NCBI GenBank assembly: GCA_038320545.1
Contig: JBBQEI010000002.1
Span: 59,185 to 123,184 of the forward strand
DNA length: 64,000 bases
Direction: 5' to 3'
DNA from: Bacteroidales bacterium
GTDB lineage: Bacteria; Bacteroidota; Bacteroidia; Bacteroidales; JAAUTT01
Shown: positions 37,683 through 48,080 of the stretch, one piece after another
Position numbering within the stretch: position 1 is the first letter of the stretch
Layout of the letters: each line of letters begins with the position of its first letter
The notes under the pieces: generated by a model
Seen by the model: the letters and a program-made list of their open reading frames with translations, nothing else
The model's database searches: none
What the model was told of the DNA's origin: nothing
Program-made: the position numbers and the translations under genes

Positions 37683-39323
37683 TTACATGGATAATATGGC
37701 TTTGGCTTGATCATCAAGAGCATCTGTCATAAACGGAATACCTGTAACATCAGCATTTTCCCTGTTGGCAGATATAATATCGTTTCTTGAAATTTGAGAG
37801 AGATCAAACTTTCGGGCTCCTGCCATAAATTGTTGTAAGCCACAAGCTAGTTTATCGGTAAATGCATACATGGCAATTGCTCCATATGGAATTTTTTCCA
37901 TTTCGTTTTTACCTACTATATTTTTAACAGCTTCCCAGCCTGCAAAAATTTCTTCAGGATATTTTCCTATGGTTGCAACTGTAGCAGGAAGGGAATCCCA
38001 ATGTCCGTTTAGTTCGGCTTTCTTCTCAGGTTTAAATACACCTTCGATGTTAGCTCCAAGGAAACCAGGCACCATTGGTGCGCGGCCCATGCAAATTAAT
38101 TTGGTAAAAGGAGAGCAAAGAGCGAGTGCTTTAAAAATATGATCTTCACGGGCTAAACCACCAGCAAGGGCAATATCAGTAACTTTGTATCCTTTATCTT
38201 TTAGGATTTTACAATATTCATATGTTTTTGCATGTAAAGCTAATGAAGGAATACCCCAATGTTGCATCATGTTCCATGGGCTCATTCCTGTTCCGCCACC
38301 TGCACCATCAATGGTTAACAAGTCCAGTTTTGCATCAGTTGAAAAACGGATTGCCATTGCTAATGCTTCCATTCCATATGCACCTGTTTTTAGAGTTATC
38401 CTTTTATAACCCAGTTTGCGTAAATATGCAATAGATTCCATGAAGGAAGTATATACTTCTTTGGCTGAGTTTAAATTTGTTCCGCCCAAGCGGCTATGTC
38501 GTGCAAAAGATGTTATTGCCCGGGAATCATATGCTTTTTGAACAATTGGATCGTAAGGATCAGGATCTACAAGATAGCCTCTATCTTTCAGGAATTTGGC
38601 ATATTCAATACGTTCAACCTGTATTTCTCCGCCAATGTCTTTAGCGCCCTGGCCCCATTTTAGTTCTATAATTATTTTATCTCCATATTTATCAATCAAA
38701 TATTCGGCAACACCATTGCGTGTGTCTTCAACATTCATTTGAACAATGATTGCTCCATATCCATCGAAATACCTGAAATAGGTGTTTATTCTTCTTTCAA
38801 GTTCAGGTGCCGAAACAATTCTTCCTTTTTCAATAACTGAGTTTTTATCTACACCCACTACATTTTCGCCAACAACAATAGGTATACCGCTCAAGGCAGC
38901 CCCTACAGCAAATGAATCCCAATACTTAGCTGCAATAAATGTAGATCCAAGAGCGCCTGTCATCATGGGCATTCTACATTTGGTTATTACGTCGTTACCA
39001 AAGGAAGTTTCTATGTTCACGTTGGTAAATAAACAATCGTCAGCATTATTTGATAATCCATTGGACAATCCGTAGGCACCGTATGCGTATCCTTGGATGC
39101 GTAAAGATTGATACCCTATTCCTACTGAAGATTGATGCCATGAGCCACAAGTTGATTCTCCGAAATTTCTTGGGTAAAGCATTTTTCTTCCTACTAATGA
39201 CGAAAGCCATGTTTCACATTTACCGGTACATGACGCCAGGCATAAGGTACACATTCCTGATTCAGCGGGTAGTCCCCGGTTCATTGTACCTAGTGCATCG
39301 TTGTTTTTGATCCATTGAAGCAT
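37683..39323 (-). CDS. FMN-binding glutamate synthase-family protein (GltB domain-2-like)
   Basis: The central TIM-barrel segments ELKWGQGAKDIGG and TIDGAGGGTGMSPW are typical. The N-terminal Cys cluster is CTLCLASCTGKCETW. Start moved to ATG 39323 (MLQWIKNN). Confidence 0.75.
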   Translation of the reverse strand: MLQWIKNNDALGTMNRGLPAESGMCTLCLASCTGKCETWLSSLVGRKMLYPRNFGESTCGSWHQSSVGIGYQSLRIQGYAYGAYGLSNGLSNNADDCLFTNVNIETSFGNDVITKCRMPMMTGALGSTFIAAKYWDSFAVGAALSGIPIVVGENVVGVDKNSVIEKGRIVSAPELERRINTYFRYFDGYGAIIVQMNVEDTRNGVAEYLIDKYGDKIIIELKWGQGAKDIGGEIQVERIEYAKFLKDRGYLVDPDPYDPIVQKAYDSRAITSFARHSRLGGTNLNSAKEVYTSFMESIAYLRKLGYKRITLKTGAYGMEALAMAIRFSTDAKLDLLTIDGAGGGTGMSPWNMMQHWGIPSLALHAKTYEYCKILKDKGYKVTDIALAGGLAREDHIFKALALCSPFTKLICMGRAPMVPGFLGANIEGVFKPEKKAELNGHWDSLPATVATIGKYPEEIFAGWEAVKNIVGKNEMEKIPYGAIAMYAFTDKLACGLQQFMAGARKFDLSQISRNDIISANRENADVTGIPFMTDALDDQAKAILSM

Positions 39324-39461
39324 TGTAATAAATTTAAGGGTTAGTTGTATGTTATAAATGTGACCTAAAAATATAAAATAAATGACATTTATCATCTTTT
39401 TAGACGAAAAAAGATGGAAAAAATCATGTTTCAATAAAAATTAATTGAAAATTTGAGGTTT

Positions 39462-41396
39462 TCAACGAAAAGTTGATGTACCTGGTTGTTTTGTTATAAA
39501 ATTGGGTGGAGATAAATATTGTTCTCCGGAGAGACTTATTAATTGTGTGTTGCTGTATTGTCCTTTAAATGGGTATACATGAAAGCGAAGTTCAATAGTA
39601 TTAAAAACAAGCCTTTCATTTCTTATTCTGATCCCTAAACTTAGTCCTGAATACAAAGGGTTATCCCATATATTTTTGTTTTTACCAAATAAACTAAGTT
39701 CAGCTGAAGCAAAAAATACAAATCTGAATTCATAGAAGTACCATGGTGAAAAGCAAACAGTTTCGAATTTCATATTAAAACGCTCATTACCTTTAAGTGA
39801 ATCATTTATAAATCCATTGAGACCATATTCTTCATTCAAGGTGAGAAATTCATCTTTATACCGGTTTATTCCTTTTGTGAAATCGAGATTTACAAAATGC
39901 CTAAATCTGAATTTTTTGTATTTAAGTAAAGGTGTAAAGTGATTAAATTTGAAATAAATAATACCCTGTTCGAGTTTTTTTTCAGCATTTATAAAGCCCT
40001 CATGTCCTATACCAAAATAAATATAACCTATTTTTTCGTTATAATTTGCCCAGCTAAAATTAGTTCCAAGAAAACTTCGGCTTTTGAATTCATTGGTTTC
40101 GAACCCACCGGTTATTCCATATTGCAATCCAAAGGGTATATCTTCTGTCCGGCCAAAATTGTAGATCAAATTTGATTTAAAAAACTTTTGATTCGTAATG
40201 GTTAATGAAGCTAAATAAAGAGTGCGGTTATGATAATTATAAAACTCGTATTCTGAAAGAACCGGTCTTTTTATTATATTAGTGTTGGTTGCCCGTAAAA
40301 TAAATGTTAAGTTTTTTCTTGAATTTAAATCGGAGTTATTAAATGGAACAGATCGTCCAAACCAAAAGTCAGATTTTGTGAACTCAACAGGATATATAAT
40401 GCTTGTGTCGGGATACACAAATATATCAGGCTTGTTTGTTTTAAAATACGACAGACCTCCGGCATATTTTGTGTTTGGGGTATAGAAATTCCTATCAAAT
40501 GATATTCCATATGTTTTTGTTCCAAACCTATCCAGATATTGAGCCCTGCCTTTTATGAAACTTCCTCCGATATTTGGCACACTGTATAGCCCTTCATAAC
40601 CTAATGTTTTATTTTCTTTACTATTCCAGTAAATATTGTTTTGATTTTCATGACCTAATCCTAAAATATTTCTATCCCAAATCGAGAACTTACCTCCGTG
40701 AAGATTATTAACTTTTACGTCAAATGCTTTGGACCAAACATCCTTTACTACAATAATAACATCCACTGAATCGGGATTGAAACTGTTATCCTGAATATAG
40801 ATTTTGGCATCGTTTATATAAGTTGCTGCACGCAATAAACGTTCATTGTCCGCTAATTTTAAAGGGTCTATAAAATCACCTTCTTTGAAAAGCAGGTTAT
40901 TTCGTAATAGTGATTTTTTTGTATTTGTATGCAGATTATTTCCAGTCCTTTCTATCCATGTTGATTCAGTGAGCGTTGTATCTTCAATGCTGGATCCAAA
41001 AACATTAAGCTGCTTGAAGGTAATATGACGGATAATCTTGTCTTTATAGGGAAGAAATGCAATCTCACTATTTAATGCTGATCCTTTCTCCACTGAAATA
41101 CCGGGGCGGTTTCTGGTCAGAATCATGTTTCTTATTTCACGGGTTAGCCTGCTATATTGCGCAGAACTATCCAACTTTTCATAAAAACCTTGTCCCCTTT
41201 TTTTTTGAATTTTATAGATAACAGTAGATGGGATTAATAAAAGAGTATCCTTACTCGAAATATAAGAATGGTTATTAATAGTAAGGATGTAACCCTGTTT
41301 AAAGTGAACCGTATCAAATTTGATGATCTGATACGGTTCCTGGGCTTCAATCCTTATTAGAGTTAAAATAAAAACCAATAAAAATATTACACGCAC
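39462..41396 (-). CDS. putative outer-membrane beta-barrel protein (Omp85/BamA-like?)
   Basis: 644 aa with a GTG start and signal peptide (MRVIFLLVFILTLIRIEAQ). The composition is aromatic- and Gly-rich with alternating hydrophobicity, as in beta-barrels. The family was not confirmed. Confidence 0.5.
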   Translation of the reverse strand: MRVIFLLVFILTLIRIEAQEPYQIIKFDTVHFKQGYILTINNHSYISSKDTLLLIPSTVIYKIQKKRGQGFYEKLDSSAQYSRLTREIRNMILTRNRPGISVEKGSALNSEIAFLPYKDKIIRHITFKQLNVFGSSIEDTTLTESTWIERTGNNLHTNTKKSLLRNNLLFKEGDFIDPLKLADNERLLRAATYINDAKIYIQDNSFNPDSVDVIIVVKDVWSKAFDVKVNNLHGGKFSIWDRNILGLGHENQNNIYWNSKENKTLGYEGLYSVPNIGGSFIKGRAQYLDRFGTKTYGISFDRNFYTPNTKYAGGLSYFKTNKPDIFVYPDTSIIYPVEFTKSDFWFGRSVPFNNSDLNSRKNLTFILRATNTNIIKRPVLSEYEFYNYHNRTLYLASLTITNQKFFKSNLIYNFGRTEDIPFGLQYGITGGFETNEFKSRSFLGTNFSWANYNEKIGYIYFGIGHEGFINAEKKLEQGIIYFKFNHFTPLLKYKKFRFRHFVNLDFTKGINRYKDEFLTLNEEYGLNGFINDSLKGNERFNMKFETVCFSPWYFYEFRFVFFASAELSLFGKNKNIWDNPLYSGLSLGIRIRNERLVFNTIELRFHVYPFKGQYSNTQLISLSGEQYLSPPNFITKQPGTSTFR

Positions 41397-41461
41397 GATT
41401 AGTTTTAGTTTTTACAAATTTTGAGCATAAATCATGCAAAAACATCATATAAATTATAAAA

Positions 41462-42148
41462 CTAACTTATATCGTCAGAATTGTATGCAAAGCCTAATCT
41501 TTTTCCGGTTTGAATTCTGGATGAATCTATTTTATTATTGATTTGCTCTACATTAATAATTTTTACATTATCGTAAGGAGGAACAAGTAAGTCAAATTCC
41601 AGAGCATAGAGAATTGCTGAATTGGCAATATCCCGCAGCACTTCTTTGTCAATTTTTGAAGTTCCGAAATTATTCAGCCAATAACTCATTTGACGTTTAC
41701 CTTCAACAAAATAGAAGCCATCTTTATTAATAAAAAGACGGGCTACTAAATATCCAAGGTCTTCAATTCTATTGTATTTGAAAGAATCGCTCAGAAAATT
41801 GTAGATACTGATCATGCCACAATAGCTCGAATTTGGATCATTCTTTACAAGTGAATTTTGCCACACAAGGTGACTTCTGTCAAACTCGTAAGCATTGGTA
41901 TGCATACTAAATATCAGTAAATCGCCGGCTACTTTAAGCTGGGCGTCGAATTTGCCCTGATCTTTAAATTGAAAGTGAACCCGCTCATCCACATCCTCCA
42001 GGTTTGAATTATTGTTGATTTCTATATATTTCAGTACCTTTTTTAATAAATTAAAAGTATTCAGTGTGTTGTCGAAAACCAGCTGTTTTGTTGTTGACTT
42101 TTCTTTTACAGTTTTAAGGATTACTTCTTTTTTATCAACATTATTCAT
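41462..42148 (-). CDS. hypothetical protein
   Basis: 228-aa ORF starting 20 nt downstream of proS on the same strand. No family recognised. Confidence 0.55.
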   Translation of the reverse strand: MNNVDKKEVILKTVKEKSTTKQLVFDNTLNTFNLLKKVLKYIEINNNSNLEDVDERVHFQFKDQGKFDAQLKVAGDLLIFSMHTNAYEFDRSHLVWQNSLVKNDPNSSYCGMISIYNFLSDSFKYNRIEDLGYLVARLFINKDGFYFVEGKRQMSYWLNNFGTSKIDKEVLRDIANSAILYALEFDLLVPPYDNVKIINVEQINNKIDSSRIQTGKRLGFAYNSDDIS

Positions 42149-42168
42149 AAATCAGATAATTTAGATTA

Positions 42169-43644
42169 CTAATATGACCGGGCAAAAACAACACGTTTAT
42201 TGGAAGGTTTTCCGGTACGGATACATTTTCCTGATTCCTCCGGGGCATCAAATGGTATACAGCGGATTGTCGCCTTAGTTTCTTCTTTAATTAAAAGTTC
42301 TGTTTCGCTAGTTCCATCCCAGTGAGCCATAATGAAGCCACCTTTTGAATCCAGAATTTCTTTAAACTCTTCGTACGAATTGGTAGTAAATGTATGACTA
42401 GTTCTGTAGTCGAGAGCTTTTTTAAATATATTTTTCTGAATTTCGTCTAATAACGAAACCACAACTTCAAGTATTTCATTCACCGGATAAACCTTTTTTT
42501 CCAAAGTATCTCTCCGGGCTATTTCAACTGTATTATTCTCAAGATCGCGAGGGCCAACAGCTATTCTCACTGGTATGCCTCTCAATTCATGCTCGGCAAA
42601 TTTAAAACCGGGTTTGTAATTATCACGATCATCGAATTTAACAGTAACACCTTTTTCTTCCAGTTGCTTTTTAATTGGTAGCACACGTTCCGAAATCAAC
42701 TGCAATTGTTCAGGTTTATTATAAATTGGGACAATTACAACCTGAATAGGTGCCAATTTGGGAGGTAATACCAATCCATTGTCATCCGAATGGGCCATGA
42801 TAAGCGCACCCATTAAGCGGGTTGAAACGCCCCACGAAGATGCCCATACATAATCCTGTATTCCTTCTTTTGATGTGTATTTTACATCAAAAGCTTTGGC
42901 AAAATTTTGTCCTAAAAAGTGCGATGTACCCGATTGAAGTGCTTTACCATCCTGCATCAGCGCTTCTATACAATATGTATCAATGGCTCCGGCAAATCTT
43001 TCATTTTCAGTTTTTACACCACGCAAAACAGGAACCGCCATATATTGCTCAGCGAAATCAGCATAAACATTTACCATTTTCATAGTTTCTTCCAATGCTT
43101 CTTCCTTTGTGGCATGGGCAGTATGACCTTCCTGCCATAAAAATTCGGCAGTTCGCAGAAATAAACGGGTCCTCATTTCCCAACGGACCACATTTGCCCA
43201 TTGATTAATTAACAGAGGCAGGTCACGATAACTTTGAATCCAATTCCGGTAGGTATTCCAAATGATAGTTTCTGAAGTAGGCCGAATAATAAGCTCTTCT
43301 TCCAGTTTGGCATCTTCATCAACAATTATTCCTTTGCCATTCGGATCATTCTTTAAACGATAATGGGTAACAACTGCACATTCTTTCGCAAAGCCTTCCA
43401 CATGGCTTGCTTCCTTGCTAAAAAATGATTTTGGTATTAATAATGGAAAGTACGCATTCACATGACCTGTGTCCTTAAACATTTTATCCAACTGGGCTTG
43501 TATTTTTTCCCAGATGGCATATCCATAAGGTTTTATTACCATACAACCTCTAACTGCTGAGTTATCAGCCAAGTCGGCTTTTACTACTAAGTCATTATAC
43601 CATTGGGAATAATTTTCTTCTCTGCTCGTGATCTCTTTTGCCAT
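42169..43644 (-). CDS. proS: proline--tRNA ligase (archaeal/eukaryotic-type class II)
   Basis: 491 aa. [44 protein letters not shown] and the C-terminal zinc-binding-like domain ending in Y are characteristic. Confidence 0.95.
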   Translation of the reverse strand: MAKEITSREENYSQWYNDLVVKADLADNSAVRGCMVIKPYGYAIWEKIQAQLDKMFKDTGHVNAYFPLLIPKSFFSKEASHVEGFAKECAVVTHYRLKNDPNGKGIIVDEDAKLEEELIIRPTSETIIWNTYRNWIQSYRDLPLLINQWANVVRWEMRTRLFLRTAEFLWQEGHTAHATKEEALEETMKMVNVYADFAEQYMAVPVLRGVKTENERFAGAIDTYCIEALMQDGKALQSGTSHFLGQNFAKAFDVKYTSKEGIQDYVWASSWGVSTRLMGALIMAHSDDNGLVLPPKLAPIQVVIVPIYNKPEQLQLISERVLPIKKQLEEKGVTVKFDDRDNYKPGFKFAEHELRGIPVRIAVGPRDLENNTVEIARRDTLEKKVYPVNEILEVVVSLLDEIQKNIFKKALDYRTSHTFTTNSYEEFKEILDSKGGFIMAHWDGTSETELLIKEETKATIRCIPFDAPEESGKCIRTGKPSNKRVVFARSY

Positions 43645-43744
43645 TTTGCTTTTTGGTATAGTATTTGTATAATTACATTATCAATTTGAATGCAATTTAA
43701 TAAAAACTTGTTTTAATTTTAAAACACTCTAAGGAGGACGTGTT

Positions 43745-45103
43745 ATGAAAACAAAACTAACAATAATTTCGATTACCGCACTACTAATGAGCGCCTGTTC
43801 TTCCAGTTACTTTGCCTCCGGAGGATACGATGATGTTTATTACAAACCAGGAGATGAACCTGTTGCACCTGTTGTTTCTGAAAGAACCGCACCTGCAAAA
43901 CAACGAAACAATGAAGGTTTAACTGATTATGAAAAATATCGGCAAGATCTGGATAATGGTTTAATAGATACTCTTTCTTCAGAAAATAATTCTGAAGTTG
44001 CCGAGAATCAAACTCCATATGTCGAATCACAGGAAAATTATAATAACGACGACCGGCCTATAGTAAATAATAATTATTATATGGACAATTATTATGATGA
44101 TTATTATTATGCATCAAGAATCCGTCGTTTTCATAGTCCATATTTTGGTTATGGTTATTACGATCCATTCTATACCAATATGTATTATTACGATCCGTTC
44201 TCATGGAGTTTTGGATTTTCGATAGGTAGTTGCTGGTCTTGTGGTTATGGTTATGGTAATTATCCATATGGAGGTTATGGATACCCATATTACGGCTATT
44301 CTTCTTATGGATATTACGATTATTATCCATACTATGGATATGGTAGAGGCAATGGTTATTATGGACGTGGAAGCAATGGAAGCAGTAGTTTTTACCGCGA
44401 TTATTATGCAAGCTCTTCTGATAAAGGAACATATTATTCAGGACGAATTCCTAACAGATCGAGTTCAACAGGATACAGAAATTCAAGTTCTTCGAACAAT
44501 ATGCCTAGTGCTAGAAAATCAGGTAGTTACTCGCCTTCTTCTAATTCAGGAAACACATCAGTAACGGGACGCAGATCGGGTACAAATCCCAATACGGCTA
44601 CCAGAAGTGAATATACAAGACCTTATAATCCTTCTTCAGGTAATAGCAATAGCTCAGTTACAAACAGAAGAAGCAGCAGCAGCAATGAATCAAACAGCAC
44701 TATGAAAAGTAGTGATGGTTCAAGTTCTAATGATGCAAGAAGATCTTATACTCCAAGCTATAGTAAACCGCGTTCATCTAATGTACCTTCATATAACAGT
44801 GGAAGTTCCACTGAAAGAAGAAGCAGCAGCAGCAGTTCCTACAGCACTCCACGTTCAAGTTCACAACCTACATATTCGAGACCATCTTCATCAAGTAATA
44901 GCAGCACTTCATCTGGCGACACCAGAAGATCCAGCAGCTCTTCAAGCTCTACTCCAAGCCGTTCTTCGTCTAGTAGTAGTCCATCATATTCACCGTCAAG
45001 TTCCAGTTCTTCAAGCAGAAGTTCATCGAGTTCCAGTTCAGGTACAAGTTCAAGTTCAAGTTCAAGTTCGCGTTCTAGTTCTGGCTCATCTGGTAGAAGA
45101 TAA
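43745..45103 (+). CDS. low-complexity lipoprotein: Tyr/Gly-rich core and Ser/Arg-rich disordered tail
   Basis: 452 aa with lipobox LLMSAC. The core is YYDDYYYASRIRRFHSPYFGYGYYDPFY...GYGYPYYGYSSYGYYDYYPYYGYGRGNGYYGRG. The last roughly 230 aa are dominated by S, R, N, T and P. Confidence 0.7.
   Translation: MKTKLTIISITALLMSACSSSYFASGGYDDVYYKPGDEPVAPVVSERTAPAKQRNNEGLTDYEKYRQDLDNGLIDTLSSENNSEVAENQTPYVESQENYNNDDRPIVNNNYYMDNYYDDYYYASRIRRFHSPYFGYGYYDPFYTNMYYYDPFSWSFGFSIGSCWSCGYGYGNYPYGGYGYPYYGYSSYGYYDYYPYYGYGRGNGYYGRGSNGSSSFYRDYYASSSDKGTYYSGRIPNRSSSTGYRNSSSSNNMPSARKSGSYSPSSNSGNTSVTGRRSGTNPNTATRSEYTRPYNPSSGNSNSSVTNRRSSSSNESNSTMKSSDGSSSNDARRSYTPSYSKPRSSNVPSYNSGSSTERRSSSSSSYSTPRSSSQPTYSRPSSSSNSSTSSGDTRRSSSSSSSTPSRSSSSSSPSYSPSSSSSSSRSSSSSSSGTSSSSSSSSRSSSGSSGRR
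45045..45068 (+). repeat. perfect hexanucleotide tandem repeat (CAAGTT)x4 inside the Ser-rich tail coding region
   Basis: caagtt caagtt caagtt caagtt encodes poly-Ser. The unit length keeps the frame. Confidence 0.9.
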
Positions 45104-45174
45104 TAAAGAAATGGTTTAAACCATTTCTTTATTAAAACTTCAAAGAAATATTTTGACATTCTAATTTAAATTTT

Positions 45175-46617
45175 ATGAGAACAAATTTCATAGTTATAAT
45201 TTTATTGGTAGTTTTTTCCTTACCTGTGCTTGCGCAAAACGAAGCTGATGCTTTAAGATTTTCTCAAACTTATAGCGGAGGAACTGCCAGAAGCTTAAGT
45301 TTATCTGGTGCTTTTGGAGCTTTAGGCGGAGATGCCACCAGTTTAAGTATTAATCCAGCTGGTATAGGAGTATATCGTGCTTCTGAATTTACTATTACAG
45401 CTGGTGTAAATAATGATTTAGTAAATTCTACTTATCTAAATAAATATGAAGATTATAAGTATAAGGTCAATATTTCAAATCTTGCTTATATCTATACATA
45501 TAATACCAATAAAAATACTGGTTGGGTAAGTGCTAGTTTTGGTGTTGGTTATAACAGACTTGCAGATTTCAACCGTAATATCTCGATTCGTGGAAGTGGA
45601 AGTAATGTAAAAAGTTCACTGTTAGATGAATTTGTCAATAATTCAAACAATAACAACGGAGATGTATATTATGAAGATGTTGCCTGGAATGCTGATTTGT
45701 TAATTTTAGATGAAAATTCCGGACTCTATTCTTCTGATTTTACAGGTACAAATTATGGTCAAACCATTAGGAAAAATATTGTAACTAAGGGGGGTATTGG
45801 AGAATACGACTTCAGTTTTGGTGCTAATTTTGGGCATATCGTTTATATTGGAGCAACTGTTGGGGTGCAACGGTTAGATTATGAAGAGTTAAAAGATCAT
45901 TCCGAATTTGATGATGCTAAAGTATCTGATTATTTAAGCTCATTTTCATTCAAAGAACATTTCAATGCATATGGGACCGGGTTAAATTTTAAATTTGGAG
46001 TTATCGTAAAACCAGTTGATTTTTTAAGATTGGGAGCTGCAATCCACTCACGTACATTTTATAGATTAAATTCCGAGTTTTATACAAGCGCAAATAGTTC
46101 GTTTGACCAAGGTACACCGGCTCAAATGAATGAAAGGTCAGATATGATTACTTCAGATTATAACTTAAATACTCCTTTTAAAGCAATTGGAAGTATTGCA
46201 TTCGTATTCGATAAATTTGGTTTATTCAGTTTAGATTATGAGTATATTGATTATTCGAAGGCTCGTTTCCGTTCCGATAATTATGATTTTGGAGAAGTAA
46301 ATTCGGGTATGGGTGACTTTTTAAAAAGCACATCAAACATAAAAGCTGGTTTTGAAGGCCGAATTGGCCCATTTGCAGGAAGAGTTGGATATGGCTACTA
46401 TGGTAGTCCTTATAAAAAAGATCCGGATATTTTAAACTCGGATTATAAGTATCAATCGTACAGTGCTGGTGTTGGTGTGAGAGGAAAATCAGTCTTTTTC
46501 GATGTTGCTTATGTAATGAATAAAAGTAATGAAGAGCATAAGTTGTTTTTAAATGAAATTGCAAATTTAGATATGAATCAATCTAAGATAATGGCAACCT
46601 TGGGTTTTAGGTTTTAA
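45175..46617 (+). CDS. outer-membrane beta-barrel protein, FadL/PorV-like
   Basis: 480 aa with a signal peptide. The N-terminal ARSLSLSGAFGALGGDATSLSINPAGIG resembles the FadL/OmpP1/PorV-type plug motif. It ends in a C-terminal aromatic residue (LGFRF). Confidence 0.55.
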   Translation: MRTNFIVIILLVVFSLPVLAQNEADALRFSQTYSGGTARSLSLSGAFGALGGDATSLSINPAGIGVYRASEFTITAGVNNDLVNSTYLNKYEDYKYKVNISNLAYIYTYNTNKNTGWVSASFGVGYNRLADFNRNISIRGSGSNVKSSLLDEFVNNSNNNNGDVYYEDVAWNADLLILDENSGLYSSDFTGTNYGQTIRKNIVTKGGIGEYDFSFGANFGHIVYIGATVGVQRLDYEELKDHSEFDDAKVSDYLSSFSFKEHFNAYGTGLNFKFGVIVKPVDFLRLGAAIHSRTFYRLNSEFYTSANSSFDQGTPAQMNERSDMITSDYNLNTPFKAIGSIAFVFDKFGLFSLDYEYIDYSKARFRSDNYDFGEVNSGMGDFLKSTSNIKAGFEGRIGPFAGRVGYGYYGSPYKKDPDILNSDYKYQSYSAGVGVRGKSVFFDVAYVMNKSNEEHKLFLNEIANLDMNQSKIMATLGFRF

Positions 46618-46620
46618 GAT

Positions 46621-47301
46621 TTAGTTTCTTGGTTTTTTATAATTAGGGTTTTTTGGGTTTATGAAATGGACAGAGTCAAATCTGTCCATTTTTTTGTGGA
46701 TGCTATTTAAATAATTTGAAGTATCAGGACCGAGATTAAAAATTAAATCCAAAATAGATAAATTTGGTACAAAGCTGAACTTTTCATCGAAAACCTGGTG
46801 GTATACCGGGAAAATAAAATCTGTTATTTCTTTTTTAGGGGAAATAAAACGAAAATCAGTATCGGTTTCTTCACTTACAAAATCGAGTGTAAATTCAATT
46901 AAACATTTACAGCCAATAACATTTAGGCATGTTTTTAATATATCAAGATTTAAATCGAATAGAGTAGTAGGTTTCTTTTGAAAGAAGACTTTAAAATCGT
47001 CAATGTAATATTCATAATAAGGAGAGTTCCTGTAGGCCGATTCAATAGCCCGGAAGTGAATTAGTTGCCAATGATTTTGGTAAAAAATATTTAGATTGGG
47101 AATTTTTATTTTAGGTTCGGTGTGTTCTATAGGAACTGTCAAATTCAAAGGCCCGTTTGCACCTAATATGATACATCGGTTTCGATAAGTCTGTTTATGA
47201 AAGTTTTCTTCTTTTTCTATAATTATATTTGAAGCATGAATTAATCTTGAAAAATAGAAAATCGGTGGAAAATAAGCAGTAGACAATAAAACAGAATCCA
47301 T
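46621..47301 (-). CDS. WbqC-family protein
   Basis: 226 aa. LLSTAYFPPIFYFSRL...FHKQTYRNRCIILGANGPLNLTVPI matches the WbqC-like family pattern as I recall it. It starts 4 nt after larB. Confidence 0.75.
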   Translation of the reverse strand: MDSVLLSTAYFPPIFYFSRLIHASNIIIEKEENFHKQTYRNRCIILGANGPLNLTVPIEHTEPKIKIPNLNIFYQNHWQLIHFRAIESAYRNSPYYEYYIDDFKVFFQKKPTTLFDLNLDILKTCLNVIGCKCLIEFTLDFVSEETDTDFRFISPKKEITDFIFPVYHQVFDEKFSFVPNLSILDLIFNLGPDTSNYLNSIHKKMDRFDSVHFINPKNPNYKKPRN

Positions 47302-47305
47302 GCAA

Positions 47306-48052
47306 TTAAAGCTTGTTGATCATCGACGCCAGAAATCCTGCTCCAAAACCATTGTCAATATTCACAACACTAATACCACTTGCACATGAATTAAGCATAG
47401 TTAATAAAGCTGATAGACCGTTAAAACTTGCTCCATAACCAACACTTGTAGGAACTGCAATTACCGGTTTATCAACCAGTCCGCCTAATACACTCGGAAG
47501 AGCGCCTTCCATGCCTGCCACTGCTATAATTACCCTGGCTTCTCTGATTTTGGGAAGTTGACGGTATAAACGGTGGATTCCTGCAACTCCCACATCAAAT
47601 ATCCTATCTACATGATTGCCGAACATTTCGGCGGTAACTGCTGCTTCTTCAGCTACCGGAATATCGGCAGTACCAGCTGTAACAACAACTATTTTTGTAA
47701 CAGGGGCCATCAATTCTCTTTGTTTAACAATAAAGATACGGGCAAGCTTGTGAACTATTCCTTCTGGAAATTCAGTTTTTAAGATATTTAAAACTTCATC
47801 ATTAGCCCGGGTTGCCAGTACATTATCCCCATGGTGAATCATAGCTCTTGTAATCTGTACCACCTGATCAGGAGTCTTGCCCTGGCAAAATATTACTTCA
47901 GGCGAACCAGTTCTGATTTCACGGTGATGATCCACTTTAGCAAAATCCAGATCCTCGTATGGGAGCTCTTTTATTGTAGTCATTGCATCATCGACAGATA
48001 AATTGCCGTTTTTGATATCATTTAATATGTTTCGAATCTTCTCCGGAGTCAT
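47306..48052 (-). CDS. larB: nickel-pincer cofactor biosynthesis protein LarB (NaAD carboxylase/hydrolase, AIR-carboxylase-like)
   Basis: 248 aa. YEDLDFAKVDHHREIRTGSPEVIFCQGKT, TAGTADIPVAEEA and VAGMEGALPSVLGGL are LarB-type segments. Confidence 0.85.
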   Translation of the reverse strand: MTPEKIRNILNDIKNGNLSVDDAMTTIKELPYEDLDFAKVDHHREIRTGSPEVIFCQGKTPDQVVQITRAMIHHGDNVLATRANDEVLNILKTEFPEGIVHKLARIFIVKQRELMAPVTKIVVVTAGTADIPVAEEAAVTAEMFGNHVDRIFDVGVAGIHRLYRQLPKIREARVIIAVAGMEGALPSVLGGLVDKPVIAVPTSVGYGASFNGLSALLTMLNSCASGISVVNIDNGFGAGFLASMINKL

Positions 48053-48080
48053 TTATTTCAGGTTAAGTATTATGAAAAAT

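Noticed and set aside
44058-45159. Alternative-frame and antisense ORFs over the Tyr/Gly/Ser-rich gene (44058..44432, 44241..44564, 44712..45119, 44839..45159)
   Set aside because: They are products of the repetitive codon structure. Only the 43745..45103 frame has a lipoprotein signal and a sensible start context.
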